A stretch of 62,784 bases of DNA, the filler included, from an uncultured virus (IMG/VR IMGVR_UViG_2049941000_000092) (taxonomy: Duplodnaviria > Heunggongvirae > Uroviricota > Caudoviricetes). It is 15 parts of one record of this genome, joined end to end, with 100 filler letters (N's around TTAATTAATTAA, not from the genome) between each part and the next. Parts side by side here need not be neighbours in the genome. Positions count along the whole stretch, not along the records: positions 1 to 13,656 come from IMGVR_UViG_2049941000_000092; positions 13,757 to 17,967 come from IMGVR_UViG_2049941000_000092; positions 18,068 to 20,103 come from IMGVR_UViG_2049941000_000092; positions 20,204 to 28,675 come from IMGVR_UViG_2049941000_000092; 11 more parts are not named here. One strand, written 5' to 3'. Made by a program: the position numbers and the translations under genes. Positions 12,848 through 26,200 of this stretch are shown here, one piece after another. The notes under the pieces are model-generated. The model ran no database searches. It was not told the origin of the DNA and saw only the letters and a list, made by a program, of their open reading frames with translations. Position 1 is the first letter of the stretch; each line of letters begins with the position of its first letter.

Positions 12848-13464
12848 ATGTTCAAATTGGAGAAAGGGTTTTCCATTTGATGGTTGCGGAAACAGAAGAA
12901 GATAAAGCTACTGGTTTAATGGGAGTTACCGAAATGGAACCCGACGAAGGTATGTTATTTGATTATTCAGATGATCCTCAGTCAGAATTATCCTTCTGAA
13001 TGAAAGATACAGAAATTCCGCTTGATATCATTTTTGTAAATCAAAACGGCGTTGTGATTTCTGTTAAACAGGGGCAACCAAACTCAGAAGAACTAATAAC
13101 AGAAAGTTCCGAATTTATATCTTGCGTGATTGAATTGAATGTTAACTCTGGCGTAAAGCCGGGGGATAAGACAGATTTGTTTTCGGAAATAAATAATGCA
13201 GAACCGGAGGATGAAGAAGAAATAGACGAACATCCGGAATTAGGAGTTAATCGTTTATATGTATACGGGTCTGATGGTAATGTACAAGCAGAATTACAAG
13301 GCGGAGAACGCATCTTTAGTAGAAAATCGAGCGTTGTTATAATCAGAAAGGCCAAGAAAGCCTATGTATCGAAAGAAGACAAGGATTATAAGGCACTGGG
13401 TAGATATGTTTTTAACGAGATGACCGCCCAAGATAATAGAGAACCTGAATATACAGAAGCATAA
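12848..13464 (+). CDS. DUF192-domain protein (TGA=Trp in FWMK motif)
   Basis: VAETEEDKATGLM...GMLF...SF-W(TGA 12997)-MKDTEIPLDIIF...VIELN is the canonical DUF192 signature. Confidence 0.8.
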
Positions 13465-13465
13465 T

Positions 13466-13656
13466 ATGGGAAAAATTGTAACACACGCAGATCCAAAAGG
13501 TCATAAATTCTATAGACACGAGCACGTTGTCAAAATCATGTTTGACGATAACGAACCTCCTAAAAACTATTTATGACACAAACCAAACGGCATCCTTTAC
13601 GAGTATGTAAACGGTGAATGAGTTCCTATCAACAGGAAAGCAAATCTTAGCGAATA
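13466..13656 (+). CDS. Hypothetical protein, 5' fragment with two TGA=Trp
   Basis: MGKIVTHADPKGH...NYL-W-HKPNGILYEYVNGE-W-VPIN, truncated by a linker. Confidence 0.5.
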
Positions 13657-13756
13657 NNNNNNNNNNNNNNNNNNNNNNNNNNNNNNNNNNNNNNNNNNNN
13701 TTAATTAATTAANNNNNNNNNNNNNNNNNNNNNNNNNNNNNNNNNNNNNNNNNNNN
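13657..13756. other. Artificial contig linker (first of 14)
   Basis: N-flanked TTAATTAATTAA six-frame stop. Also near 18012, 20148, 28720, 32212, 35942, 37785, 40623, 41865, 43955, 47012, 59475, 60468 and 62272. Confidence 0.97.
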
Positions 13757-16700
13757 CTCATAACTCATTTAAAGGCCGGGGATGCGTCTGAATACGATTA
13801 TAGTGCATATAATACCGATGCAATTTCTGCATGGTTGGATAAAATTGCCGAAACAGAAGAGTATAAGGATACTGATAAATACGCTTCTGGCAACAAGTAT
13901 TTTAGCAGTCTGTGGGCTGCAATGGGCAAACCTGGTTATAAATATGATGCCGATGTAGAGGACTTACTTGAAATGTTTGGTATCAAATATAACATCGCTC
14001 CTCCAGCATCTGGCAGCACAGGTGGAGGTACTGATAGTACCAGTGGAACTACCGGTGGAACTACTGGTGGCCGAGCAACAGACGGTAATACTGATGCATC
14101 TGCTACTACACAGACTCCTGTTGCCGATACACCTACAGCGCCGTCTGTACGGTCCGCAAATCCTAACAATCCTACGCTTATTACTCCAGATATGGTCACC
14201 AAAATGGGTCTAGATCCAAAATATACCTTTGGTTTGATAGATGTAAATGGAGACAAATATACTCCAGAGGAAGTTAAAACAAACAGAAATTTATACTCCA
14301 TTATGGATTACGTAGAGAGTATAAATAAACAAAATATGCCGCAGTCTGAAAGATATGCTAAGATATCAGAAAGACTCAATATTCCCGGTATCGAAAATTA
14401 TTCTGACTGGATTCCTGGTACTAAAATTAAAGGCGTTGATTTGGATAATATTTTTAGAGATAATGGTATCCTATCTGCAGGTATTTCCGAGCAACAATTT
14501 GAAAATCCAAATGGGTATAGAGTTTTCAAATATTTTAATAATGGCGAGGCAAGCAATAATCCATGGGGATTTAGGAGTCCTTATTATTTAGTTGTAGATA
14601 AAGACGGTAATTTACAACTAAATGGCAACGAGGCCGCTTTTAACGGAGCCTTTAGTAATCTTAATGCTTCTGGTCAATCGGCGCCATCTATGATTGAAGG
14701 AACATGAAATCCAGAAGATGTTTTTGTTGACAAATGAACTGGAGCAACAAGTTGATCAGATAACTGGGGTGGAGTTAGTGTCCCATCAACACAAAGGAAA
14801 TTAAGATTATCTGAAATAGATAAAGTTGTCCTTCCATTTAATAATGTAACACAACGTATTATGCGCGATATCAATGATACGTGATATGCTGTTGGAAGTG
14901 ATGGGAAAACTAGAAAAATTAATAAGGATTATGCCAAGAAAATTCTGCAAGGTTTAGGAATTACACGTGCTGAATGGCATCAAAATATTTCAGACTCTTA
15001 TAAAGAAGGCGGTACAATTTCTAAATCTAAGGTTGACTCTTTTAAACAAAAATTTGTTCCAAAATCACAACGCGGAGGAACAGTTAGATGGGATTATGGA
15101 AATGGACAGTACGAAGACGTTACTTATGACGAACTTCCTCCAGATGAACTTTTAGAAGCGTTCCTTTCAGAAGAAAGAGAAAAGAGAGGTACGTGGGTCA
15201 AATCCGGTTTGGAAGGAAATGCTACCGTTCGTCAGTATCCAAAAATGACTGTGGTAAGNNNNNNNNNNTGGAGCCAGCACTCAGGGCCCAGGTCGGCAAT
15301 CTGTCAAGTGTCATCCAATCCGGACGATATACTGGCAACTTAAAAGAAAACGTCCAAAGTCTAGATGTATATACTGGTGTCAGTAATAAAGACTTGGACA
15401 AACTAAAAAATAGGAAATCTTCGAAGTGAGACGCTGCGACAAATAATAAGGTTTACAGATCTCAACAGGCTACCAATCAGGTATTGCATATAATTCGCAA
15501 CGTGCTTCGTAAGGGTCCTGCGACTACGGGACAGTCTTCACCTAAGAAGGCTGTTGAAAAAAGTACTATNNNNNNNNNNAAACAATTCATTTTCTTCCAG
15601 ATACAGATAAGGATTTAGGTCAAGCAACCACATTACGATACAACGTTGGTGATTATGGTACACCGCTGTCGGTTCCTACAGTATCGGTTCCGCTCGCAAA
15701 ACAAAATGTTGTAAAAGTAAAAACTAACAATAATCAAAGTTTTGACGATCTTGTGAATGTATTGCGACAACTAGTAGATAAAAAACAGGTCGGTGGCGTA
15801 CTAAAAGGACAGCGTGGTTTAAATCTAAAATACGGAGTTCCTGATTATGCACTTCCTTCTAATCTAAGTACTGACGAAATCAATAATATCGCCTATCGTC
15901 CGGGTATCGACTGGGGAACATACATCAATGGCATCTATACGCCATATGGTAATGATCCTGGTGTCGAACCAAAAGAGAACTATCTCTCTGGTATTCAAGA
16001 TATATTTAATGAAGCTTGGAATTTAAATGCTAAANNNNNNNNNNCGTGGGAATGAAATTGGATGATAAATTTAATCCGTCAGCAACTACTTATCATAGTG
16101 GTATCTTACCACGTTCGACAAGTACTGCCACAGATACTGAGGTTGATGATGGTGGTGGAATACCAGAAGATCTTTCCGATAGTACGAAGAACTTGATACC
16201 TGCAATCAGCTTGGTAAGATATCTTATCAATTCTGGATTACAGAGAAAGTATCGCGATACCTCTAAGAAAGCGATCGAAGCAGCTCGATTTAACGAACTT
16301 CCGGTTCAGTTAAATACACCACGTAATGATAATCCTGCTTTAGATAGAGCATTACAACAAGTGCGATCTGAACGTATGGCTGGAATTAAACCTGTAACTT
16401 CCGATGTTATTGCAAATAATGCAATGGCTAATCAAAGAGAGGCTCAGTTATACGATAGAGAGCAGAACATTACAACACAACGTTCTCAGGCCGATTGGGA
16501 AGCAAAGAAGGAAGCGTTGAATATAATGAATCAGAATATCGCTAATCAGATATCTACAGCAAATCAGAATCGTGCTAGAAACGCTTCTATTAATTCTGCA
16601 TTATATAATCCAGAACTCGAGTATCTACAACGTAAGGGACAATCTATTGAAAATCTCTGTTGGAATGATAACAGAGGAGGTTNNNNNNNNNNGAATCCGA

Positions 16701-17321
16701 ACGCCCGACAATTTTCTATAATGGAGGTAGTGGAACTTCAAAAGTATATCTTCCATGAAAAGACGATAATGGACACATTCGTCCCGATTTTGAGAAATTA
16801 CGGGAATTTAATGCGTTTATGAAGGATGTTAAAGATTCTGGTAATATGAGGAATCTTACTCCGACAGAAAGAAACGCAATGCTTGCTAAATATCCAAAGC
16901 TATCTGCACAAGATGTTATTCCATCAGAAGATGGAAAATCATTCACGCTTCGCGATACACGGCCATTCTTGGCATTTTCTGCTTTTGCTNNNNNNNNNNT
17001 GTTGATTTTGAAGATTATATTCGTAGAAAATATCCCGAAACTTGGTCCGCAAATATAGAGACCATTGAGAATTGGCAGAAATCATCTGCAAATGCTATTA
17101 GGGATTGGCTCTATCAAAACGGATTAAATTATCGTTATCCTCGTGCAATGACAGGTACATCATCTGGTGTGTATAAGAAAGGTGGATATCTGAGAGGTTC
17201 GACCCGATACACTAAGGAGCCGGAGGAACAAATCTGAATCGACAATAATAAGGCTACACATCATGCTATAGCTAAACTAAGCGATAATACAATTAAACTA
17301 TTATTAAGAGCGTTAAAATAA
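13757..17321 (+). CDS. Internal/ejected cargo protein(s), several gap-separated fragments
   Basis: Long frames once TGA is read as Trp; Q/N/A-rich helical tract; repeated xxxGG motifs; last fragment ends ...LLLRALK* (TAA 17319-17321). Confidence 0.5.
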
Positions 17322-17967
17322 TGAAATTAAAAGTATATCAACAAGGGGGTGGGTTAATATACACCCCCTTTATTCCAGAACAATGATTAGGCCAAGGTTC
17401 CAGAGGTTCCGGATCTGAGGCTTCTAGTTCTGAAGCAAAACTCGATCCACTGGATAAAGAATTGATTTCTTTAATGAAGGATCAAAATTTACTTCCAAGT
17501 GATATTCAGATGATTTATAATAAATTGATTCAATTCCAGAGAAAATCTCGGGAACTCATGATTGATGGCGATTATCGTTCTGCTATGCCTGGTATGCTTC
17601 AAATAATGCAGTTAGCTAGTGTTGCAAAAGCTAATAAAGAACATTGAGATAACGCTTTAACCGAAATTAAGAAACACGACGCTGGTTCTGAAGTAGCATT
17701 GGATTCATATGGTAAGATGTGGGTACGAGACAGAGAGGACGGAAAAATTACCAAAGTTAGTCCTGACGATTATTCGAATGAAAGATACGCTCCGATTTCC
17801 AATTCAGAATTGATGTTCTTGCGTCAGCGCAATCCTGAGTTCGCATTCAGTGATGAAATCTTGGATACAGTTACATCAGATATTGTTGGTCAGAAAGACA
17901 TTCGACAGGAAATTGATACTATTATTAGTAATTTTGGAAATGTTTCAAAGGATCAGTTTGCAGTAGG
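17321..17967 (+). CDS. Internal virion protein, 5' part
   Basis: TAATG-coupled start MKLKVYQQGGGLIYTPF; reads through TGAs to the linker. Confidence 0.6.
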
Positions 17968-18067
17968 NNNNNNNNNNNNNNNNNNNNNNNNNNNNNNNNN
18001 NNNNNNNNNNNTTAATTAATTAANNNNNNNNNNNNNNNNNNNNNNNNNNNNNNNNNNNNNNNNNNNN

Positions 18068-20103
18068 TATAAGATGAAGAACGGCATTCTTTCTAAAGAA
18101 GAGGATGATACTTTACAAAACTTTGATATCGCTACATATCTTGCAACTATAGTTGGTGTAGATTCCTATTGATTCGGAAACAAACTGAAGAAGTTCTTCT
18201 TACAGGAAGGCAAAAAGCCGTTCTTTGGTCAGGAATTAGCAATCAGGCTGATATGCTTGGAACTCATGCATCCGGAAATGATAAATAACGGTGTCGATGC
18301 AATTTACGATTCTACGGAAGCTGCATTAGATAGCGGCATTATTATTCCAGATAAACCAGATGACACTGAATTAAATGAAAGATACCTACTCAGTAGAACA
18401 AAACTCTGGAACACTGTAATCATTGATGGTTTTGCAGGATGTGGTAAGAGTACTGTTATTCATAATATAGCACTATCCTTCTTTGACGGGATTAACGAAG
18501 TCGCTGTTTCTAAGATTAGAGCGCGCGCCGAAGGTATGGGACTTGATGCAGATCGCACATATTCTCTTAACGAGTTAATGGCTAAATTATTAGGTGTTGA
18601 CAAATTTAACGAGAGTGATTATATTAAGTCTGATACAGAACGTACTGGTACTGCACATAGTCACGTATGGTCTGATCCAAAAGTGAAGATCAATTTTGAC
18701 GCAATTTTTGGTAAACCTGTCGACGGCCAACTTCGTGTATTAACAATCGATGAATGCACTCTCGTTAAGGAAGGTCTGTGAACCGCATTAACAAATGCTG
18801 CTAAAGAACAAGGTGTTCATATTATTGGTCTTGGTAACTTAATGCAGGCTGGCGAAACATCTTCGACCGGTATATCTGCTGGACTTGACGACTGTATCGG
18901 AATTTTCTCTACCAAACTGACGATTTCGATGAGAAACGCCAATTCTGGTCAATCTACAAACGATGACGCTCTTGGAAGAAATGTCGCAAAAATGATTGAT
19001 GCTAAGAAAGATAAACCGGGTTGATCAGAGGAATTAGCGTTATCAGAAGTAACTGTTCCTCCAGTAATGTTACAATATGGATTTACTCCAGATAAAAAAC
19101 TTGCTGGTACTGAAATTGTTGCAGAAATCGACGATACTCTGATTAACGGAATGATCGACGGTTTAGCGGAAAACGAAACGTTATTGGTTGTTACTCCAGA
19201 TGGCACATTTGAAGCTGTACGTGAAAAACATAAGGACAATCCTAATGTAAGATTTACAACTGTAGAAAACGCACCGGGTGATGAAGCGGATTATGTGATA
19301 CTGAATGAAAAATTTGGTATGGTAAATAAGGATAATAAGTTCTCGATGTATCAAAAAGCATATACCTTATTAACTAGATCACGTAAGGGTACAAGGATTC
19401 TTAAATCCATGGGCTTACAAATGCTTGGAATCGCCAATGCAAATGAATCTCCGATGGCAACACTTGATATTAGTTTCGATCCTAATTCAGATTCTGCAAA
19501 AGAATATGTTGAAACTAAGATGAATGCGTTGAATACAATTCCTGGAGAAGCTGCTTCCGAAACAACGGAAGAAAATCCTGAAGGAAAAGAACCCGGACCG
19601 CCCACAAAACCAGTCCAACCTGTATATAAACATGTACACGAAGCTTCTTCGTTTGCAGATGATACTAAAACAGTAGAAGAAGTCGCGCAAGAANNNNNNN
19701 NNNTAATCAATTCAGTAGAACTCAACTCGAAATGGCAGAAAATATTCTTCCTGTTGTAAGAGGTGTTATCTTTGCTGCAAGTTCAGGAATGAATGAGTCT
19801 GCAAATGAGATGCTCAAAGAAGAGGGCGCTGAATTATTGCCAGTAATCCCCAACGACATTGCTTATATTTATAAGAACGATCTTGATTATCTCGAGAATC
19901 AACTCTTATACCTAAGAGAACTTGATGGAAGAAACCGTGGACTTAAGGAACGCGAGCATATTCTTGTGAGAAAGAATTTCTATAGAAACATTATTAACTT
20001 CTTTAATCAAAGAGATGATGACGACAATTCTGTAGAAATTATTAAGAAAGTTCAAGAAGCCTTAGGTGATTTTGATATTAAGGCCGCTATTGATGAACTT
20101 GGC
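18068..20103 (+). CDS. Fragment of giant virion protein with SF1 helicase-like domain
   Basis: IIDGFAGCGKS, LTIDECT, GLGNLMQ, TVENAPGDEADYV, YTLLTRSRKG, in one frame when TGA at 18779 and 19022 are Trp. Confidence 0.7.
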
Positions 20104-20203
20104 NNNNNNNNNNNNNNNNNNNNNNNNNNNNNNNNNNNNNNNNNNNNTTAATTAATTAANNNNNNNNNNNNNNNNNNNNNNNNNNNNNNNNNNNNNNNNN
20201 NNN

Positions 20204-23200
20204 AAAAAAGAAGCAGAAAACGCTACTGATGACGAAATTAGCCGTCCTGCCACAAAAGCAAATGATGAGTTTAATGGTGATGAAACGTTAGGTATTGGAC
20301 TAAAAGGCATGAAATTAAAAGCATTTAAAAAGTATCTGGCACTCAAAGCGGATGGTGGTAAATCGATTGTTGATATTGACGATTTTGCAAACTGAGTTGA
20401 CGAAACAGATTTTGCAGAATTAACACCTTACAATCCGTTTATAAAGACGGGTACTCCTAGCGCACAGGTTGTTAAATCTTTTAAGGAATTCCTTCTTGGT
20501 TTCAGCGGAATTGTATTAAACCACAGTCCTAAGGATTGGATGAGCGTGTTTAACAGGAGAGCTCAAAACTTACACAGAAATGAGTTATTTGGTGTAAACG
20601 GTAAGTTTATTATATCTTTTGAACAATCACTAAGAGATAGAACGGGTGTTCTTTACAAGAGACTGTATAAAGGAAAGATGGTGTTGTATTACTGTTTCGA
20701 TGGATACGCATTGCCAATTTCTATTTATACACCACTTGATTCTGATCTCGAGCCCGGATTCATAAAGATTACGGATGATATGTTCAAACAGGAAACGCCG
20801 GTTATTCCAATTACGAGTAAGGGAGAAAAAAGAGCGAAATTACGTGCTGTATTACCAAAATCCATACATCTTGCAAATCTGAATGGTGTTCCTGTAACAG
20901 CGGTATTCTTAGGTTCCGATCAGTATCAGATAAATCGCAGAAACGAATATTTTGCAAGTAATAAAGGTCATGCCTACGCAATGTTACTGCATGAATTCGG
21001 ATTATCCGACGATGAAGTACGAGAACTATTTACTGCTCCAGAAAAAGATGGGCATTATCAATATTTCTTAAACGACGATCCAAACTTATATGCTATCGCT
21101 GGTGTACAATACGATGCTGCAGTTGATAAATTCTTAAATATCATCAGTTACATCAATCATTTATCATATGGTAATGTTTCTGGCGAAAACGACCAAGCTG
21201 CCGTTAAGGCAGTTGCAGAATTTTTTGGAAATTCTGAGGAAGAAGTGAGGAGTGATTTTCATGCTATATATGCGTTGGAAACAGGTGACTACTCTCAGGA
21301 AACTGCAGAGAGACTAAGAACTATCCGATCGAAATATAATATACTACATAACTATGATGTAGACCGTATTATATCGGCACTGTTCTCTTATTTCTCAAAG
21401 CAGGGCTCTGATAAATTAAGTTACTTTACACAAAATCTTATATATAGAACTGGTGTTTATTCGGTACGAGCACAAGAGCTTAGACATAGAGGTTTTCGTT
21501 TCTCATTAAAGCCGGATAGAGAGTTCCTTAACTTCTATATCATACCATCTTCGTCCGGGTCAAATATGCTTGATGTATATTGGACTCAGACATCTAGAGC
21601 TGCTGTAAATAAGGATCTCATTGGTACTATTAGTTGGAACGATTTGTTTAAGAATGAAACCGACTTTGGTAATACGCTAGAATCAATTATTCAGACATTA
21701 CTAAACAATGACGCTGTTGCACAAACGATTAGGTCTATTAATCCTGACTTTACTGCAGAATCTATTTACGATCTTATTGAAACAAATCGTGCAATGTTCT
21801 CGTTGGCGACTGCAATCCCAGAAGCGGACGGCGGTTTCCGATTCTATTCGCCATTTGAAGGCGATTTGATCACATTACTATCTAATCAGGATCGTGAACT
21901 GATGGTTGATGGCGATTCGCTTGACGAACTCATCAAGACCTCTAACATATTTAAATACGGTATATTCAGGCACATTGTTGCTGTATCGCAAATTATTCCA
22001 CATCAACAACTATGGTCTACCGGAAATGTAAACATAAATAGTTTGAGCTGAGATATCGTTCGTGTACTTGCACCATTATATAGTATGAATCTTTCGTCTA
22101 AATTCGAGAATGAGGATGAACTTAAGTTGGAACAAACGTATGATAAATTGTTAGAAAAACGTGTAAACCAATTTAGTCTGGTCGACTTGCAACTAAATGG
22201 ATACGAAATTCATTTTACACGAAACGGTATGAGTTGTCTTGTTGAACTGAACGATGAACTTCGTAAAGCACTAGGTAATAGTATTGGAGAATTCAGAACA
22301 ATGGATCATATTAGAGCCACAAGAGATTCAATCATTGTTACCCTATCCAATGGGAATCATAATAGAGAAGTTACTATAAAAACAGAAAATCCAAGAGAAC
22401 GATTGTATGAATTGTTAAAAGATTTCAATGGTGCGGAACAAATCAAGAATGGTAAATTTNNNNNNNNNNNNNNNNNNNNNNNNNNNNNNNNNNNNNNNNN
22501 NNNNNNNNNNNNNNNNNNNNNNNNNNNNNNNNNNNNNNNNNNNNNNNNNNNNNNNNNNNNNNNNNNNNNNNNNNNNNNNNNNNNNNNNNNNNNNNNNNNN
22601 NNNNNNNNNNNNNNNNNNNNNNNNNNNNNNNNNNNNNNNNNNNNNNNNNNNNNNNNNNNNNNNNNNNNNNNNNNNNNNNNNNNNNNNNNNNNNNNNNNNN
22701 NNNNNNNNNNNNNNNNNNNNNNNNNNNNNNNNNNNNNNNNNNNNNNNNNNNNNNNNNNNNNNNNNNNNNNNNNNNNNNNNNNNNNNNNNNNNNNNNNNNN
22801 NNNNNNNNNNNNNNNNNNNNNNNNNNNNNNNNNNNNNNNNNNNNNNNNNNNNNNNNNNNNNNNNNNNNNNNNNNNNNNNNNNNNNNNNNNNNNNNNNNNN
22901 NNNNNNNNNNNNNNNNNNNNNNNNNNNNNNNNNNNNNNNNNNNNNNNNNNNNNNNNNNNNNNNNNNNNNNNNNNNNNNNNNNNNNNNNNNNNNNNNNNNN
23001 NNNNNNNNNNNNNNNNNNNNNNNNNNNNNNNNNNNNNNNNNNNNNNNNNNNNNNNNNNNNNNNNNNNNNNNNNNNNNNNNNNNNNNNNNNNNNNNNNNNN
23101 NNNNNNNNNNNNNNNNNNNNNNNNNNNNNNNNNNNNNNNNNNNNNNNNNNNNNNNNNNNNNNNNNNNNNNNNNNNNNNNNNNNNNNNNNNNNNNNNNNNN

Positions 23201-26200
23201 NNNNNNNNNNNNNNNNNNNNNNNNNNNNNNNNNNNNNNNNNNNNNNNNNNNNNNNNNNNNNNNNNNNNNNNNNNNNNNNNNNNNNNNNNCGATTCGAACC
23301 GATCGTACATATAAGTATGAGGATAAAACAATCGAACTTGTTCAAGTGGCTAAAAGTAATAAGTATCAACTAAAGATCGGCGATAAGTATTATAATTTTG
23401 AGAACCATGGTTCAATGAAGACAAATTCTGGAGAATACTATATATATCTGTCTTCTGAAGCATTTGGTGATATGGACCAAATACATAGAATTATAGTACG
23501 GTCGGATAACGATCCGTTGTTTGATGGTTCTAAGACTTTTATAGGTCAAGATGGTCCGATGCATTATTATAGTACGCCCGCTGGAATTTTTGAGCAAGAC
23601 TGAAACGCTCCAAATAGACCATTGCATAAGGTTAATTTAGTTTTCTCAAACGATACAGGTATTCGAGTTAACATTGAGGGCAATGAATCCGAACTTCCTT
23701 TCAACATTTTCACAAATGAAGGAAGAGTTCTCTTACAGAGAGACCCATCTCAGATTCGCTTCTCAAAGGAAACAACAATTCATAAGAACGATAATCTGTG
23801 GGTTGTGAAGGGAAATCTAACCGCCCCGTNNNNNNNNNNNNNNNNNNNNNNNNNNNNNNNNNNNNNNNNNNNNNNNNNNNNNNNNNNNNNNNNNNNNNNN
23901 NNNNNNNNNNNNNNNNNNNNNNNNNNNNNNNNNNNNNNNNNNNNNNNNNNNNNNNNNNNNNNNNNNNNNNNNNNNNNNNNNNNNNNNNNNNNNNNNNNNN
24001 NNNNNNNNNNNNNNNNNNNNNNNNNNNNNNNNNNNNNNNNNNNNNNNNNNNNNNNNNNNNNNNNNNNNNNNNNNNNNNNNNNNNNNNNNNNNNNNNNNNN
24101 NNNNNNNNNNNNNNNNNNNNNNNNNNNNNNNNNNNNNNNNNNNNNNNNNNNNNNNNNNNNNNNNNNNNNNNNNNNNAACAGTACATGGATGATTATGTAC
24201 TTTTACTTCACTTTGATAAACTTCTCACAGACGAAATTGATTATATTACGATAAAGCCCGAATATGCTTTAAGCGGCACTTACGGAGAGGACATGTATGT
24301 GAGTAAAGGTCCATTTAACTATAAAGACCGTTTCTCGAGTTATAGTGAAACTGCAGGAACCGAAGACTATACAAGCTCCTTTGTGAAATTACTATTGGAC
24401 TATTTCAAAGATGCTAATGGTATTCCAATCAAACTTGCCCGTTTCCAAGCTGTTTCTGGCCAGGTTATCGAATGAGCAGAAAATCACGAAGAAAATACAT
24501 ATCGTGAANNNNNNNNNNNNNNNNNNNNNNNNNNNNNNNNNNNNNNNNNNNNNNNNNNNNNNNNNNNNNNNNNNNNNNNNNNNNNNNNNNNNNNNNNNNN
24601 NNNNNNNNNNNNNNNNNNNNNNNNNNNNNNNNNNNNNNNNNNNNNNNNNNNNNNNNNNNNNNNNNNNNNNNNNNNNNNNNNNNNNNNNNNNNNNNNNNNN
24701 NNNNNNNNNNNNNNNNNNNNNNNNNNNNNNNNNNNNNNNNNNNNNNNNNNNNNNNNNNNNNNNNNNNNNNNNNNNNNNNNNNNNNNNNNNNNNNNNNNNN
24801 NNNNNNNNNNNNNNNNNNNNNNNNNNNNNNNNNNNNNNNNNNNNNNNNNNNNNNNNNNNNNNNNNNNNNNNNNNNNNNNNNNNNNNNNNNNNNNNNNNNN
24901 NNNNNNNNNNNNNNNNNNNNNNNNNNNNNNNNNNNNNNNNNNNNNNNNNNNNNNNNNNNNNNNNNNNNNNNNNNNNNNNNNNNNNNNNNNNNNNNNNNNN
25001 NNNNNNNNNNNNNNNNNNNNNNNNNNNNNNNNNNNNNNNNNNNNNNNNNNNNNNNNNNNNNNNNNNNNNNNNNNNNNNNNNNNNNNNNNNNNNNNNNNNN
25101 NNNNNNNNNNNNNNNNNNNNNNNNNNNNNNNNNNNNNNNNNNNNNNNNNNNNNNNNNNNNNNNNNNNNNNNNNNNNNNNNNNNNNNNNNNNNNNNNNNNN
25201 NNNNNNNNNNNNNNNNNNNNNNNNNNNNNNNNNNNNNNNNNNNNNNNNNNNNNNNNNNNNNNNNNNNNNNNNNNNNNNNNNNNNNNNNNNNNNNNNNNNN
25301 NNNNNNNNNNNNNNNNNNNNNNNNNNNNNNNNNNNNNNNNNNNNNNNNNNNNNNNNNNNNNNNNNNNNNNNNNNNNNNNNNNNNNNNNNNNNNNNNNNNN
25401 NNNNNNNNNNNNNNNNNNNNNNNNNNNNNNNNNNNNNNNNNNNNNNNNNNNNNNNNNNNNNNNNNNNNNNNNNNNNNNNNNNNNNNNNNNNNATGGTATC
25501 AAGATTGGTCCTATATCCGTTACATTAAATAGTGGCAATACATCTACGATAAAACTAACGGATGACAAAGGATTTGCCGACTTGGAATATAAGGTCAAAA
25601 GTAACTTAGATCCTCAAAAAAATAAGTATTCGTTTGTTGTCGATAGAAACACAGATAATGTAACCATTGGCCGTAAACAAATTTCCGATGCGTTTACAAA
25701 ATCGTTCATTGAAGATGTAACTGGTTTAGTTCTTCCTGCCGACTTTGTTCAGGTTTGGAATTCTACAAATCCTAACATCAAGGATACTGCGTGGGACGCC
25801 TTCTCCCAGATTGCGTTTATTGTACTGACTGCTAGTAGCCGAAGTGAAACCGATCCAACTAAAAATCTCTATAGTGGATATGAATATCTATATCGTGGCG
25901 AAGAATTAAAATTACATAAATATTATTACGATTTTAGAGATATTGCAAACTTCTATAGTGTTGTTCTCGGTGCAGAATATGCAAGTATGGGACTTGATGC
26001 ANNNNNNNNNNACTCACAAATCCGCAAACAATGACGGAACGTTCTAACATACGAATGTTCAATATGAATACTGGACAGTATGAAAACATGACGCAACTTG
26101 AACGTGATGGTGTGTTTGGCAACAACGTACTTATACAGGCCGGTAATGCTATTGGAACAATTGCGACAAGAGCTGAAACAAAAATTGACGACACATCAAA

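Noticed and set aside
14010..14150. GGTGGAACT-like short repeats
   Set aside because: They encode a Gly/Thr/Ser low-complexity linker in a cargo protein
22357..25598. Long ORF-track entries made mostly of X (here and at 9.2, 11.2, 49.4 and 54.5 kb)
   Set aside because: Artefacts of translating N runs
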